The notes under the pieces: generated by a model
Databases searched by the model: none
What the model was told of the DNA's origin: nothing
What the model saw: the letters and a program-made list of their open reading frames with translations, nothing else
Shown here: positions 10,985-20,729 of the stretch, in pieces
Numbering within the stretch: the stretch's first letter is position 1
Layout: each line of letters begins with the position of its first letter
Assembly (NCBI GenBank): GCA_019058445.1
Contig: JAHPZA010000009.1
Span: forward strand, 518,310 to 582,309
Source of the DNA: Promethearchaeota archaeon
GTDB taxonomy: Archaea; Asgardarchaeota; Lokiarchaeia; Sigyniarchaeales; SOKP01
Direction of reading: 5' to 3'
Length of the DNA stretch: 64,000 nucleotides
Made by a program: the position numbers and the translations under genes

Positions 10985-11152
10985 ATGAGAGATGATATCG
11001 AAAAGAGATTACATAGGGTTGCAATAACTTTAGATAAAGATAATCTCAAGTGTCCGTATTCAAAAAAATGTGATAAGGCAAAATACTGCAAAAGATGTAA
11101 TGTTTTTTTTGAGAAATGTACCCTTTTCAAAGATCTAAATCTTTCATTATGA
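10985..11152 (+). CDS. Small Cys-rich protein (55 aa), putative metal-binding; not in the ORF track
   Basis: MRDDIEKRLHRVAITLDKDNLKCPYSKKCDKAKYCKRCNVFFEKCTLFKDLNLSL*, with 5 Cys including CxxC. Confidence 0.5.
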   Translation: MRDDIEKRLHRVAITLDKDNLKCPYSKKCDKAKYCKRCNVFFEKCTLFKDLNLSL

Positions 11153-11253
11153 TTTGCCTAATAAAAGAAAAAAAGGAAAATTGATTTAATTTTAAAAAAT
11201 TCTAAATTTTGTTATTTTAAAGCTTGTTCTTTCTAATTATAAGTTGAATTATT

Positions 11254-11790
11254 TTACCATGCTACTTCATATTTACATTGTCTAGCGCCTTCCATTCTAC
11301 ATTCACCGGGAATGTGTTTAACTCTTGGAATTTGACCATCAGCTCTGAGCTTATACATAAATCCTTCAATAATCCCAATATCGTATGAACATGGATAGGG
11401 GCTACTACAAGTCATAATTCCTTTGTTTTTACCAGTTTTTTCATATGCATAATGCCCAATCTCTCCATTTTGATAATTCATATGGTAAGCCTGGTCCATC
11501 ATTGCTAGGGCTTTTTCAATGGTATCAAGTTGAGGTGGAAGAACGGCTGTTTCCGGGATTTTCATTCCAATGACTTTTAGTGTCGCATTTCCTAATTTCT
11601 CTGCGATAACCTTGAATGCGTTTAAATAGTTCTGAAGTTTAAACCATTTTCGAGGTTGAGGTTCTTTAATGCCATTTTCTTCGAGAATTTGGTAAGCTGT
11701 CTTTTTAAAAGCGCCCATTCCTTCCACAACTGCCAGAATAGATTCTCCATTGACATCTACATTTGGAGAATATGATTTATAAACTGCCAC
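11254..11790 (-). CDS. V4R/H-NOX-like ligand-binding domain protein
   Basis: GTG start after AAAGGTGA. 'PYPC..D.GIIEG' and C-terminal 'CR..GA..C.YEV.W' are typical of V4R-related proteins. Confidence 0.65.
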   Translation of the reverse strand: MAVYKSYSPNVDVNGESILAVVEGMGAFKKTAYQILEENGIKEPQPRKWFKLQNYLNAFKVIAEKLGNATLKVIGMKIPETAVLPPQLDTIEKALAMMDQAYHMNYQNGEIGHYAYEKTGKNKGIMTCSSPYPCSYDIGIIEGFMYKLRADGQIPRVKHIPGECRMEGARQCKYEVAW

Positions 11791-11999
11791 TTAAAGTTTC
11801 ACCTTTTTGTATATTTATATTTGATTTACTTAGGAACTATAAATCTAAAATATAAACCTAGCTTTTGAATAATTATTCTTAACAGTGCTACGAAATAGAT
11901 TTAAAAAATGAATTATTAAAAAAATCTAAAAGCACTCGTATAACTTAGAACCACTTTTTAAATGAAAGTGTATATAAGCTAAATTATTGTGTGATTTTT

Positions 12000-12803
12000 A
12001 TGAAGTTAGGATTAGAAAATAAGGTTGCATTAGTTTTGGCCTCGAGCAAAGGATTAGGGTTTGCTTGCGCTAAAGGATTATATGAAGAAGGTGCGAATAT
12101 TGTAATAAGCAGCCGTTCTGAGGAAAATTTGAGGGTTGCGAAGCAAAAGATTGAAAATCTTAAATCCATAAGTGAAAATAATAAATTATTCACGGTTGCT
12201 GTAGATTTATTGTATGAAGACCAAATTAAAACATTAGTCGAAAAAACTTTTAACGAATTTGGACGCATTGATATCTTAGTGCATAATGCTGGAGGACCTC
12301 CATCAGCACCTATTAATAAAATTACTCAAGAGGAGTGGTCAGATTCAATTGAGTTAAACCTTCGCTCTTTCATTAGAATTTCAGATTTAATTGTACCAAT
12401 TATGCAAAAACAGAAATATGGAAAAATCATCGCAATTACCTCTATTTCGGTAAAACAACCATTGGAAAATTTAGTGCTCTCAAATACTACTCGTCTTGGA
12501 GTCGTGGGCTACGCGAAAACCCTCGCAAATGAATTTGCAAAAGACAATATATTAGTTAATGTGGTTTGCCCCGGTCCTAACCTTACGGATAGAATGAAAG
12601 AAATAATAAGCAAAATGGCTCAAGATATGGGAAAATCTGAGAAAGAGGTCGAAAAAAATTGGACACATCAAATACCATTAGGTAGAATGGGCAAACCAGA
12701 TGATTTAGCGAATTTAGTTGTCTTTCTGGCTTCTGAACGAGCAAGCTATATTACTGGGACAGTAATACAAGTAGATGGGGGATTTGTAAAAAGTCCATTT
12801 TAA
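12000..12803 (+). CDS. Short-chain dehydrogenase/reductase (FabG-like)
   Basis: ASSKGLG, DILVHNAGGP, SNTTR, VNVVCPG, ASYITG..IQVDGG. ATG 12000 preferred over GTG 11991. Confidence 0.9.
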   Translation: MKLGLENKVALVLASSKGLGFACAKGLYEEGANIVISSRSEENLRVAKQKIENLKSISENNKLFTVAVDLLYEDQIKTLVEKTFNEFGRIDILVHNAGGPPSAPINKITQEEWSDSIELNLRSFIRISDLIVPIMQKQKYGKIIAITSISVKQPLENLVLSNTTRLGVVGYAKTLANEFAKDNILVNVVCPGPNLTDRMKEIISKMAQDMGKSEKEVEKNWTHQIPLGRMGKPDDLANLVVFLASERASYITGTVIQVDGGFVKSPF

Positions 12804-12992
12804 CAAGAAATCTAATTTTCTAAAAGACCATAAATATATATTTCAAAATTGTTTTGTCAGTAATGTAAATTCAGAAAATATTTTGAGATAATCAAAATTA
12901 GTGGAACCATCGATATTTCCTCTGAATTAATAAAAATTTATATAGATATTTAATGTAGTTAATATCAATAGAACTCTTATAGGATAAAAAAA

Positions 12993-14675
12993 ATGAAATT
13001 TCTGAATAAAAGAAATAAAACTTGTGGATTTATAGCTATATGTTTTGTTTTGATGCTATCCTACCAGATTGTATCAGTTACATCTCCAAATGATTCCAAA
13101 ACTATAAATACTCAGGAGAATCCCAAGATTTCTGCTCAAATAAGTGATACGGAATACGATTGGCTTAATAATTCTGGCTTTGACACTTCGGAATACTGGT
13201 ATAGTCAAAATAATACTGATACTTTAAATCCAGATGTTAATGCTTCTATTAGTAATGGTTTTGCAGATTTCGAGATATTAGGAAATGTAGACACTAAAAT
13301 AATTGATGATCCCCTTAATGATGGTACTTGGCATGCATTTACTTATAGCAATTTTCGACTACCAGAGGATTATGGTATTGATTCAAGAGGTTGTTGGGTT
13401 ACACACGAATGGGATGAAGATGAAGATCAGACTCATAATTATCCTATTATCCATTGGAAAAAAAACGTTAGCATGGGATTTGATATGTCAGATTATAATA
13501 TTACTTCTGCATCTCTTGAGGTAATGTTTAATGCATCTGTTGGTACTAATGTAGATACTGAGAATGATGATGATTCAGGGGGCAGTGGGAATTGGCAATA
13601 TTCTATTGGTGATTTTGTAGAATTTTATGTAGAACTTTCAGATATATATGGTACTAATCCATATAGAGTGCGATATAATAAAACTTATAATCTAGGGCAA
13701 GATGGTATTTCACCACAAATAACTACTATCGAAGAAAAGCCAATTGAACCACAAGGTGATGAGGATGACTTAATTAGTGCCTTGAATTCAGCTTTTGAGG
13801 GCAGTCCTGGTCATTCTAACTTTAATATCACTTTAGGAATAACTATTTATTGTGAAGATAATGATCCGAATATAGATGTGGACACATATGATCCATTAAT
13901 CATTAGATCATGTAATTTATCATTTACTTACGAGAAATTAATTGATGAATTCAATTCTATATCTTGGAATCAAGATGCCAATAAACTTAGTGATCTTAGC
14001 CCTGGAAATGATACTAGTGTTGTAGCAACGGAAGCAAATCTTAAATTTAAATATACTATTGATAAAAATTGGACAACAAATACAGGTTCTCAGAATTCTG
14101 AAATCAATATATATTTAAATAGAAATCCTTACCCAATACCAATAAAATTAATTCATGTTAATGTGTCTGATTTTGAACAAGAAGCGGATTTAAATCTTAT
14201 TCCTCCAGTGGATAGTGTAAATCTTTCAATTGAAATTTTAATTAAAGATGATTTTGGGCTTGATGATATTATTACAATATCAATTGATAATGTTACCCTT
14301 GACATTTCTTATATAATCTATTTTGACATTCCTCACTCAGGAGGAGATGGTGGCGGAGGTGGAACTAAAATTATACGTGGTGAAGATTATACACCGATTG
14401 TTATCGGATTAGTTGCAGGGATTATTGGTCTTATCGCGGTATTCGGAGCATATCAGGCACACTTTAAACATCCGTTAATGGTAAGAAAAATTAGAAAACT
14501 CAAGAAAAAAATCAAGAAGGGAAAAACTCTGAAATCGTTAGCAGTAAATCCGAGAGAAGAAATTATTCGAGATAATTTTAAAGCAAAAACACGGCAAGCA
14601 TTAGATGAAGAATTTTTGCAGCCTGAAGTTTTAGGAAAAATGAATAAAATAAAAGAACAAGGAGGAGGGAAATAA
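12993..14675 (+). CDS. Secreted/membrane-anchored surface protein (signal peptide, acidic Asn-rich ectodomain, Gly linker, TM, basic cytoplasmic tail)
   Basis: N-terminal hydrophobic segment, many N-x-S/T sequons, GGDGGGGG linker, TM 'IVIGLVAGIIGLIAVFGAY' followed by a K/R-rich tail. Confidence 0.7.
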   Translation: MKFLNKRNKTCGFIAICFVLMLSYQIVSVTSPNDSKTINTQENPKISAQISDTEYDWLNNSGFDTSEYWYSQNNTDTLNPDVNASISNGFADFEILGNVDTKIIDDPLNDGTWHAFTYSNFRLPEDYGIDSRGCWVTHEWDEDEDQTHNYPIIHWKKNVSMGFDMSDYNITSASLEVMFNASVGTNVDTENDDDSGGSGNWQYSIGDFVEFYVELSDIYGTNPYRVRYNKTYNLGQDGISPQITTIEEKPIEPQGDEDDLISALNSAFEGSPGHSNFNITLGITIYCEDNDPNIDVDTYDPLIIRSCNLSFTYEKLIDEFNSISWNQDANKLSDLSPGNDTSVVATEANLKFKYTIDKNWTTNTGSQNSEINIYLNRNPYPIPIKLIHVNVSDFEQEADLNLIPPVDSVNLSIEILIKDDFGLDDIITISIDNVTLDISYIIYFDIPHSGGDGGGGGTKIIRGEDYTPIVIGLVAGIIGLIAVFGAYQAHFKHPLMVRKIRKLKKKIKKGKTLKSLAVNPREEIIRDNFKAKTRQALDEEFLQPEVLGKMNKIKEQGGGK

Positions 14676-15794
14676 ATGCCTCAAGGGATCGTAATAACCA
14701 AATGGACACATGATAAGGGGATGATTGTTGATACGAAATACCCTGAAACTATTGAAGTTGATTTGGATGATATGATGCGGGTATTCTATGCGCATGTTGT
14801 AGGTGCTGGAGCAGGGGGAGATGTGTTAGTGAGGCTTGAAAAGGCGCGATCTAATGTGTCAAGTCATTTTACCGGAATGGATGCTAAAGTACCTTACTTA
14901 GTTAATTTGATGCTAGAGATAGGAGAAGATCCCGATATGTACGGTGAAGCGGTTATTAAAGAAATTAATGAAAATATTATAAAATATCTTGATCAAATGA
15001 CGGGAACAGATGTTAATAAAGACTATAGCACTAAGAAGACCTTAAAAGAATACCTAAAAAATGCCTTATTTCTTTTGGATCGTTTAAAAAATATGACAAG
15101 AGAGCAGCGGTTAGCTCAAATTTATAGTAGCAAAAAATCGCGGTCAATTTTAGAGATATTACATCAACAAGCGTATTCTAGAAGAGAGTTGCAAAACATC
15201 TTAGAAGAAAAATTAGGAGCATTTGTATCCAATATTGAATATACACTGGATCCATTCATTAAAACTAATCTCGTGAAACAGGATTGGATTGAGGGATTTT
15301 CGGATATCTTCTTATTTCTAATTTCAGATTTTACTCTTTTTAGAAAACCGGCAGATAATACACTTAAGAATGCGAGAAAAAATGTACCAAGTCCAGATTT
15401 AGCTAAAACATATCGTGAAGAAGTGGGTAAATTCTTCTCAACTTATCAACCAACAATTATAGATAGTGTAAATATTGCGCTTAATTTGCTAAATCCCGAT
15501 AAATACGATTTCATCGTACTATTACGAGAACGAGCATATCCTTTGAATAAATTGCCAAAAAGTCCTGCTGATAGTTTCTTAGATACTAGAGCACTTTTAG
15601 AATCATTAGCAAAGGATCAAATTATAAAGATTATAAAAGATAAAAGAGATATTGAGTGGGTTTTTTTATTCACTGATGTTTCAGCTGAAACCTTTTATCC
15701 GGAATACATGCTTGAGAATATTCGAGCAGCGCCCTTAAAAAAAGAGATAGCAATTAAGCATTTAGAATTACTTGAAGTAGCATACCAGAAATAA
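14676..15794 (+). CDS. Longin/uDENN-like domain plus winged-helix-like domains
   Basis: 'GIVITKWTHDKGMIVDTKYP' N-terminus. 'SRSILEILHQQAYSRRELQNILE..' is wHTH-like. Abuts the upstream surface-protein gene. Confidence 0.5.
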   Translation: MPQGIVITKWTHDKGMIVDTKYPETIEVDLDDMMRVFYAHVVGAGAGGDVLVRLEKARSNVSSHFTGMDAKVPYLVNLMLEIGEDPDMYGEAVIKEINENIIKYLDQMTGTDVNKDYSTKKTLKEYLKNALFLLDRLKNMTREQRLAQIYSSKKSRSILEILHQQAYSRRELQNILEEKLGAFVSNIEYTLDPFIKTNLVKQDWIEGFSDIFLFLISDFTLFRKPADNTLKNARKNVPSPDLAKTYREEVGKFFSTYQPTIIDSVNIALNLLNPDKYDFIVLLRERAYPLNKLPKSPADSFLDTRALLESLAKDQIIKIIKDKRDIEWVFLFTDVSAETFYPEYMLENIRAAPLKKEIAIKHLELLEVAYQK

Positions 15795-15852
15795 GAATTA
15801 ATACATTTTTTTATAATTCTACTTTTTAACCTTTTTTGTTCTAACTAGTTTA

Positions 15853-17007
15853 TTAAAATAATACAGGATTGGTAATTCCAAGATATTTATCAATTACTTC
15901 TAAAATATCTTCTTTTGTTCCCATATAAGCAAATAATTGATGTGTTGCTTTTCCATGAGACAACGTCCCTTGAGTTTCAAATTGATTTAGTTGGAGCTCT
16001 ATTTCTCCAAAATTTAAAAATAATTTATCTGGAGTTTCTGAGTTGTAAGATTGAATCACACCAATTTCAGAGTCCGGATGATCTCGTGAAACGTCAAAAC
16101 AATTCTCTTGCGATTTTGGGACATCATCAGATAATTTAACTAATAATCCCCAATCTTCAGTTTCGGGAATATCCAACACATACCCTATTTTTGCTTGCAT
16201 AGTATAATCAATGTCTTCAGGACGGATGGCTAATTTGTATATGTCATAGACATCAATTTTAAAGGCCACATAATCTTCTCCAATTATCAATCGATCGTGA
16301 GGTATTGTTCGAAAATATGACAGTGGTTTAGGATTTGGATTTGTTGGTATTAACACCGTTCCAGGATTATAGGGACCTCCACTGATGATTTGAGTTAATG
16401 TCCAACCATTAACATTTAGATTTGTACTCTTTAACTTGCATTCTTCAATGTATTCAATTCCACAATAAGGAATACCAATAGAATATCGTTCTTTTATGAG
16501 AGAAATTTTTCTTATTATTTCCCCATCATACTGCTCTTTAGTTCTTTGATTTGTTAAAGAAATTTTACTAGACACTGAACAAAAAGCATTTGATTTGTTT
16601 TCTAAAATATAATCAGCTGGATCAAGACCCTCTGGACAAAACCATTCTTCCCAAGTTTCAGGTTTTTTGTAAAAAAAATATCTTTCAGGACTTATCCAAA
16701 ATCTATCTCCTCCAATGTTCCACTCATTTTTCTCAATCACATCTTTTATATTTGGCGCAGTCCATAATAAATTATAACAATCTCTTTTAGGAAACACCCC
16801 TAGAACTCGACCACCATATATTGAAATAATTATTGAAGCTTCACCAAACTCCATTTCAACGATATTCGTACTCTTCCCTATTTTATTTAATAAATCACTT
16901 TTGGTATTATAACTCATGGCTAATACTTTTCCTTTAGTTATTTTATTATAATATTCATTAGAAGTTTTGATTTTATTAAATTTAATAATTAACTCTGAAA
17001 ATTTCAA
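15853..17007 (-). CDS. Hypothetical protein, galactose-mutarotase-like beta-sandwich (true start probably ATG 16917)
   Basis: 'YGGRVLG...NLLW...WNIGGDRFWISPE...GEIELQ' pattern. Confidence 0.55.
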   Translation of the reverse strand: MKFSELIIKFNKIKTSNEYYNKITKGKVLAMSYNTKSDLLNKIGKSTNIVEMEFGEASIIISIYGGRVLGVFPKRDCYNLLWTAPNIKDVIEKNEWNIGGDRFWISPERYFFYKKPETWEEWFCPEGLDPADYILENKSNAFCSVSSKISLTNQRTKEQYDGEIIRKISLIKERYSIGIPYCGIEYIEECKLKSTNLNVNGWTLTQIISGGPYNPGTVLIPTNPNPKPLSYFRTIPHDRLIIGEDYVAFKIDVYDIYKLAIRPEDIDYTMQAKIGYVLDIPETEDWGLLVKLSDDVPKSQENCFDVSRDHPDSEIGVIQSYNSETPDKLFLNFGEIELQLNQFETQGTLSHGKATHQLFAYMGTKEDILEVIDKYLGITNPVLF

Positions 17008-17111
17008 ACTTATTATTTACCAAGAAAACTAATAATTTTTATATTTTATTGACATTTAAAATATAGATTAAGATTTTTACTCTATTATCATAAGAACTAA
17101 ATAAAAAAGAA

Positions 17112-17489
17112 GTGAAAAATCTGCCTAAAGTTGTACATTTTGAAATTAATGTTGATGATCCAAAAAGAGCAATTAAATTCTATGAAAAAACATTCGGATG
17201 GGAATTCACCAAATGGGAAGGCCCTATGAACTATTGGTTAATTAAAACAGGAGAAGATTCCGAACAAGGGATAAATGGAGGTTTAATGAAAAGACAGGAA
17301 CCTGAAGCTTCAGTCCAAAATGCTATTGATGTATCGTCTGTTGATGAATATATTAATAAAATTGAAGCATATGGTGGAAAGATTTATGCTCCTAAAATGC
17401 CTATCCCTGGAGTAGGTTGGGTTGCTGGATTTATGGATACAGAGGGAAATAAATTTACGATCATTCAAAGCGATGAGACTGTAAAATAA
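17112..17489 (+). CDS. VOC/glyoxalase family protein
   Basis: VVHFEI.VDDP.RA..FY...FGW, GINGGL, GG.I..PKMPIPGVGW.A.F.DTEGN. Confidence 0.9.
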   Translation: MKNLPKVVHFEINVDDPKRAIKFYEKTFGWEFTKWEGPMNYWLIKTGEDSEQGINGGLMKRQEPEASVQNAIDVSSVDEYINKIEAYGGKIYAPKMPIPGVGWVAGFMDTEGNKFTIIQSDETVK

Positions 17490-17524
17490 TGACTAAAGAT
17501 TCACGAAAAAATAAAAAGAAAAAT

Positions 17525-18235
17525 TTAGGTTGGTTTTAAACCTAAATAAAATAACGCTGCGCTTCCGATCATAGCAGACCTTATGACAATTAAAATTATC
17601 CCCGGAGAAAATAAACCATCTAAAATACCACCTGTCGTGTATACAAACGCTCCAATTGATAAGAACAAAAATTTTTTTCTTATTGCTCCCTTAGTCTGGA
17701 TTGCTCTAATTAGAAAGCCAAATCCGAGAAAGATAATTATGGAAAGTAAAAATATCAATGCTAAAAAGTAAACTACGGAATCTTCAACCAAGTTATCATT
17801 TATTAAATCAGTGCCTGGTATAGTTGGATTCGCATAAGTCACTGAACCTGTTGGATCTAAGAAGAGGAACAGGTCAAAAATGATACCTAAAATGATATAT
17901 ACCCCAACTATATACCATTTCTTCTGTGGAGTTAAAATTTCAGCAGCAATATACATGGCAAATATAACTACGCCTGGAAACCACATCCAATTAACAATCC
18001 CGATAAAACCACTGCTATTATCTACATTTCTTCCTGTTAAGAGAATATGGGCAAAGTCAAGAAAATCTCCAAAATAGATAAGCCCAGCAAAGAAATAGGT
18101 TAAACCTAGATATAAAAGCAGATCCGCATCTATTTTTTTTCCACGATAGATAAAAAAAAGTCCTATTAAACATGTTAAAACAAAAACTCCCGTCGCTGTA
18201 ATCCCATTTAACCATCCTACATACGATAGAGCTAT
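17525..18235 (-). CDS. Multi-pass (about 6-7 TM) membrane protein of Lokiarchaeal type
   Basis: The frame of the 153-aa ORF stays open 83 codons upstream (ALSYVGWLNGITATGVFVLTCLIGLFFIYRG...), adding further TM helices. It is bounded by TGA, with ATA 18235 lying 5 nt after GGTGAG. Confidence 0.7.
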   Translation of the reverse strand: MALSYVGWLNGITATGVFVLTCLIGLFFIYRGKKIDADLLLYLGLTYFFAGLIYFGDFLDFAHILLTGRNVDNSSGFIGIVNWMWFPGVVIFAMYIAAEILTPQKKWYIVGVYIILGIIFDLFLFLDPTGSVTYANPTIPGTDLINDNLVEDSVVYFLALIFLLSIIIFLGFGFLIRAIQTKGAIRKKFLFLSIGAFVYTTGGILDGLFSPGIILIVIRSAMIGSAALFYLGLKPT

Positions 18236-18439
18236 ATCATCTCACCTTTTTAAGTTAATTCCATAAATTTTTACAATTATATGTAAGGTTACCTTTTTAT
18301 AAATTTAAATCTTTTTCACATGAGCAATTAATTAGTCTATTTGAAAAAAAATTGTTTGAGAAATTATAAATTCTTAGCAGATTATTTCTATGTAATTTTT
18401 TTAAGAGTTCTAGAAAACAGATAAAATCTCATACCATTA

Positions 18440-19237
18440 TTAATTCTTTTCACTTATTATATTTTTATTGTGTAATTTCTTAATAGTCAAGGATAATGTC
18501 TCATCGAATTCTTCACCCTCAACCACACATTTAAAAGAAAGATCCTCAGAATGAAATAATTCTGTAAAATATCCAAACCAATAATTGCTATAACGTTTAT
18601 TTTGATGGTGTTTGAATATCATATGGTATTGATCCTCACTTTCTTTTTTCACATCAATAAAATAGAAATAATTAGCAACAATCCAAAATTTTTGGATCGC
18701 ATTAACTATCTCCTCTAATGATAGATTTCGTATCGGTTTTCCTGTACACCATAAGATTACATCGAGAGCAATATTACGCTTCTGGGGTTTGGCCAAACTT
18801 TCTTTAGGAGTTTCTGCTGCTGTAAGAAGTTGGTTAAATGTAGTTTTCCCAATAAGCATCATTTTCATTTCACCTCGGGCTCTACACCATAAGTCCAATT
18901 CTTCTGATTTAAGATGATTTCTTTCGGAATATAAAATATTTATGGTTTCTTCCATATTTCTTATCATCGATCTGGATTCGGTTTTATAATTCTCAAGAAT
19001 TGCTTGCACATCCGGAGATATTGAATATAGATCGTTATAGATTTGAATTGCTTCCTCAATTATGCTTGAGATAGTTTTACCCTCATCCTTATAAACATCA
19101 ATGATTTCTCTCGTTTCATCAGAGACTTTTACATATATACTTTTTTCCTTACTTTCTCTTTCTCTAATCTCGGTAGTATCAGATTCCTGATCTCCTTCAG
19201 CAACTTTTTCTTCTTTTCTTGACATAAAAATCAGCAT
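18440..19237 (-). CDS. Putative transcriptional regulator: ribbon-helix-helix N-terminus plus V4R-like C-terminal domain
   Basis: 'KSIYVKVSDETREIIDVYK..GKTISSIIEEAI' is RHH-like. Divergent from the NfeD/flotillin cluster. Confidence 0.55.
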   Translation of the reverse strand: MLIFMSRKEEKVAEGDQESDTTEIRERESKEKSIYVKVSDETREIIDVYKDEGKTISSIIEEAIQIYNDLYSISPDVQAILENYKTESRSMIRNMEETINILYSERNHLKSEELDLWCRARGEMKMMLIGKTTFNQLLTAAETPKESLAKPQKRNIALDVILWCTGKPIRNLSLEEIVNAIQKFWIVANYFYFIDVKKESEDQYHMIFKHHQNKRYSNYWFGYFTELFHSEDLSFKCVVEGEEFDETLSLTIKKLHNKNIISEKN

Positions 19238-19368
19238 TATGGTCTAAAATATCCCTTCTTAAAAGATTATTGATAAATAAATTTTATATAATCTTATATA
19301 ATTGCATTATGATATCTTCATTTTAATATTAAATTGAATTTTTTTGATTTTTTCTTCTATATTATATA

Positions 19369-19523
19369 AGAATATATACATATATATAAATATATATTCT
19401 GCTAAAAAGCGTTAATCTGGATTAAATTGATTCCGTCTAACTAATCGCAACCTTTAAATATATAATTATATATAATTTTAATAAGGTTAAATATAAAAAG
19501 ATATATGGATATATTAAATATCC
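19369..19523. promoter_or_regulatory. Cluster of AT-rich inverted repeats in the divergent promoter region
   Basis: AGAATATATA-12nt-TATATATTCT (19369-19400); AACCTT...TATATAATTATATA...AAGGTT (19449-19488); GGATAT-ATTAA-ATATCC (19507-19523). Confidence 0.4.
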
Positions 19524-19565
19524 TTAAAAAATATAAAAAAAAATAACAAATAAAAAGCCAAAAAA

Positions 19566-20414
19566 ATGAGAGTTTATGGTTTTTATTACTGGTCGTTCAC
19601 AATCAGCACCAGCATAGTGATGACAATTCTCTCATTTTTTTATGAAGAAGCCATTTTTAATGTATTTTTTAATATTTGTTTAGGTTTATTCATTGGCGGT
19701 ATATTGATGGCCGTGGCTTCTATAATTCTAGCAGAAATGTCTGCTGAAAGTCAAGATACTAGTCAGATTGGCCATATAGATCATATAGATCATTTCGACC
19801 ATATAGACCACGTAGATCATTTCGACCATATAGACCACATAGATCATATAGATCATTTCGACCACGTAGATAATGTAGATCATCTTGACCATGTAGATCA
19901 TCTTGACCATGTGGATAATATAGATCACGTAGATCAAATGGAAGATAGTGATCACACTATTGATTCAAATGACTTAAGTGATACAACTCCTGCTCCTTTT
20001 ATGTTATTATTCTCGACATTTTTATTAGTTTTTGGAATTTCGGGTATAATTTTATATTCTCTTACTTTCAGTTGGTTGAGATTTTTGATTTTTTTTATAA
20101 CACCTCTCATAGCTTACTTTATTACACATTATCTCTCTGAAGGTTGGAAAAAAATTGCTAAATCAAGATACTACACTATTTCTTCAACCCAAAACCTTAT
20201 AGGAATGCAGGGCGAAGTCATTTTAATGGTAGATTACAGGGGGGGGATTATTAAAATCCCCTCCACTACACCTTTGAAGTTTGAAAGAATGCATGTAAAA
20301 CCAATAAAACCTGATTCTCAATTTGAAAAAGGAGAAATGGTTTATATTTGCGATGTAAAAAATGGCTTTTTATTGGTTGATAATAATAAAAGTTTAATTA
20401 AAAGGAGGGGATAA
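19566..20414 (+). CDS. NfeD-like (YuaF-type) membrane protein with His/Asp tripeptide repeat and C-terminal OB fold
   Basis: TM helices, 'FLLVFGISG', 'LIGMQGEV...GGII...FEKGEMVYICDV..GFLLV' NfeD OB fold. Lies upstream of flotillin. Confidence 0.8.
   Translation: MRVYGFYYWSFTISTSIVMTILSFFYEEAIFNVFFNICLGLFIGGILMAVASIILAEMSAESQDTSQIGHIDHIDHFDHIDHVDHFDHIDHIDHIDHFDHVDNVDHLDHVDHLDHVDNIDHVDQMEDSDHTIDSNDLSDTTPAPFMLLFSTFLLVFGISGIILYSLTFSWLRFLIFFITPLIAYFITHYLSEGWKKIAKSRYYTISSTQNLIGMQGEVILMVDYRGGIIKIPSTTPLKFERMHVKPIKPDSQFEKGEMVYICDVKNGFLLVDNNKSLIKRRG
19773..19934 (+). repeat. 9-bp-period coding tandem repeat encoding about 18 (H/N)-(I/F/V/L)-D units
   Basis: HIDHIDHFDHIDHVDHFDHIDHIDHIDHFDHVDNVDHLDHVDHLDHVDNIDHVD; codons vary (CATATAGAT/CATTTCGAC/CACGTAGAT). 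Confidence 0.9.
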
Positions 20415-20421
20415 TGAAAGG

Positions 20422-20637
20422 ATGAGTGTAAGTGAAGTTGTATTAGAAAGAGAGGAAAAGAATAATAATGAGTCAAAGGATAATAATGATTACGTAAAAT
20501 TTAAAGAAAAAAATATTAAAACGGCGAAAATAGAAAAAAAAGTCATAGATGACTCTAAACTGATTGGTTTTATCCTCATTTATCTTCTAATGATACTCAC
20601 CATTATGACCTTTGCTTTACTGAGTTTATATTTCTAA
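20422..20637 (+). CDS. Small tail-anchored membrane protein
   Basis: 71 aa with a charged N-terminus and a single C-terminal TM. GGAGG SD upstream. Confidence 0.6.
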   Translation: MSVSEVVLEREEKNNNESKDNNDYVKFKEKNIKTAKIEKKVIDDSKLIGFILIYLLMILTIMTFALLSLYF

Positions 20638-20729
20638 TAAATTCAAATTAAATTTTTTTTCAGATAAAAAAAAAAAAAAATAAAAATAAAAATAAAAAAA
20701 ACCAAATAAGGAGGTTATGAAAAAAGAAA

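Noticed and set aside
19773-19934. Tandem repeat as a CRISPR array
   Set aside because: The period is 9 bp, there are no spacers, and it lies in frame inside a CDS.
20664-20701. Long poly-A/AAAAAT tract before flotillin
   Set aside because: Low-complexity sequence typical of this AT-rich genome, with no evidence of function.
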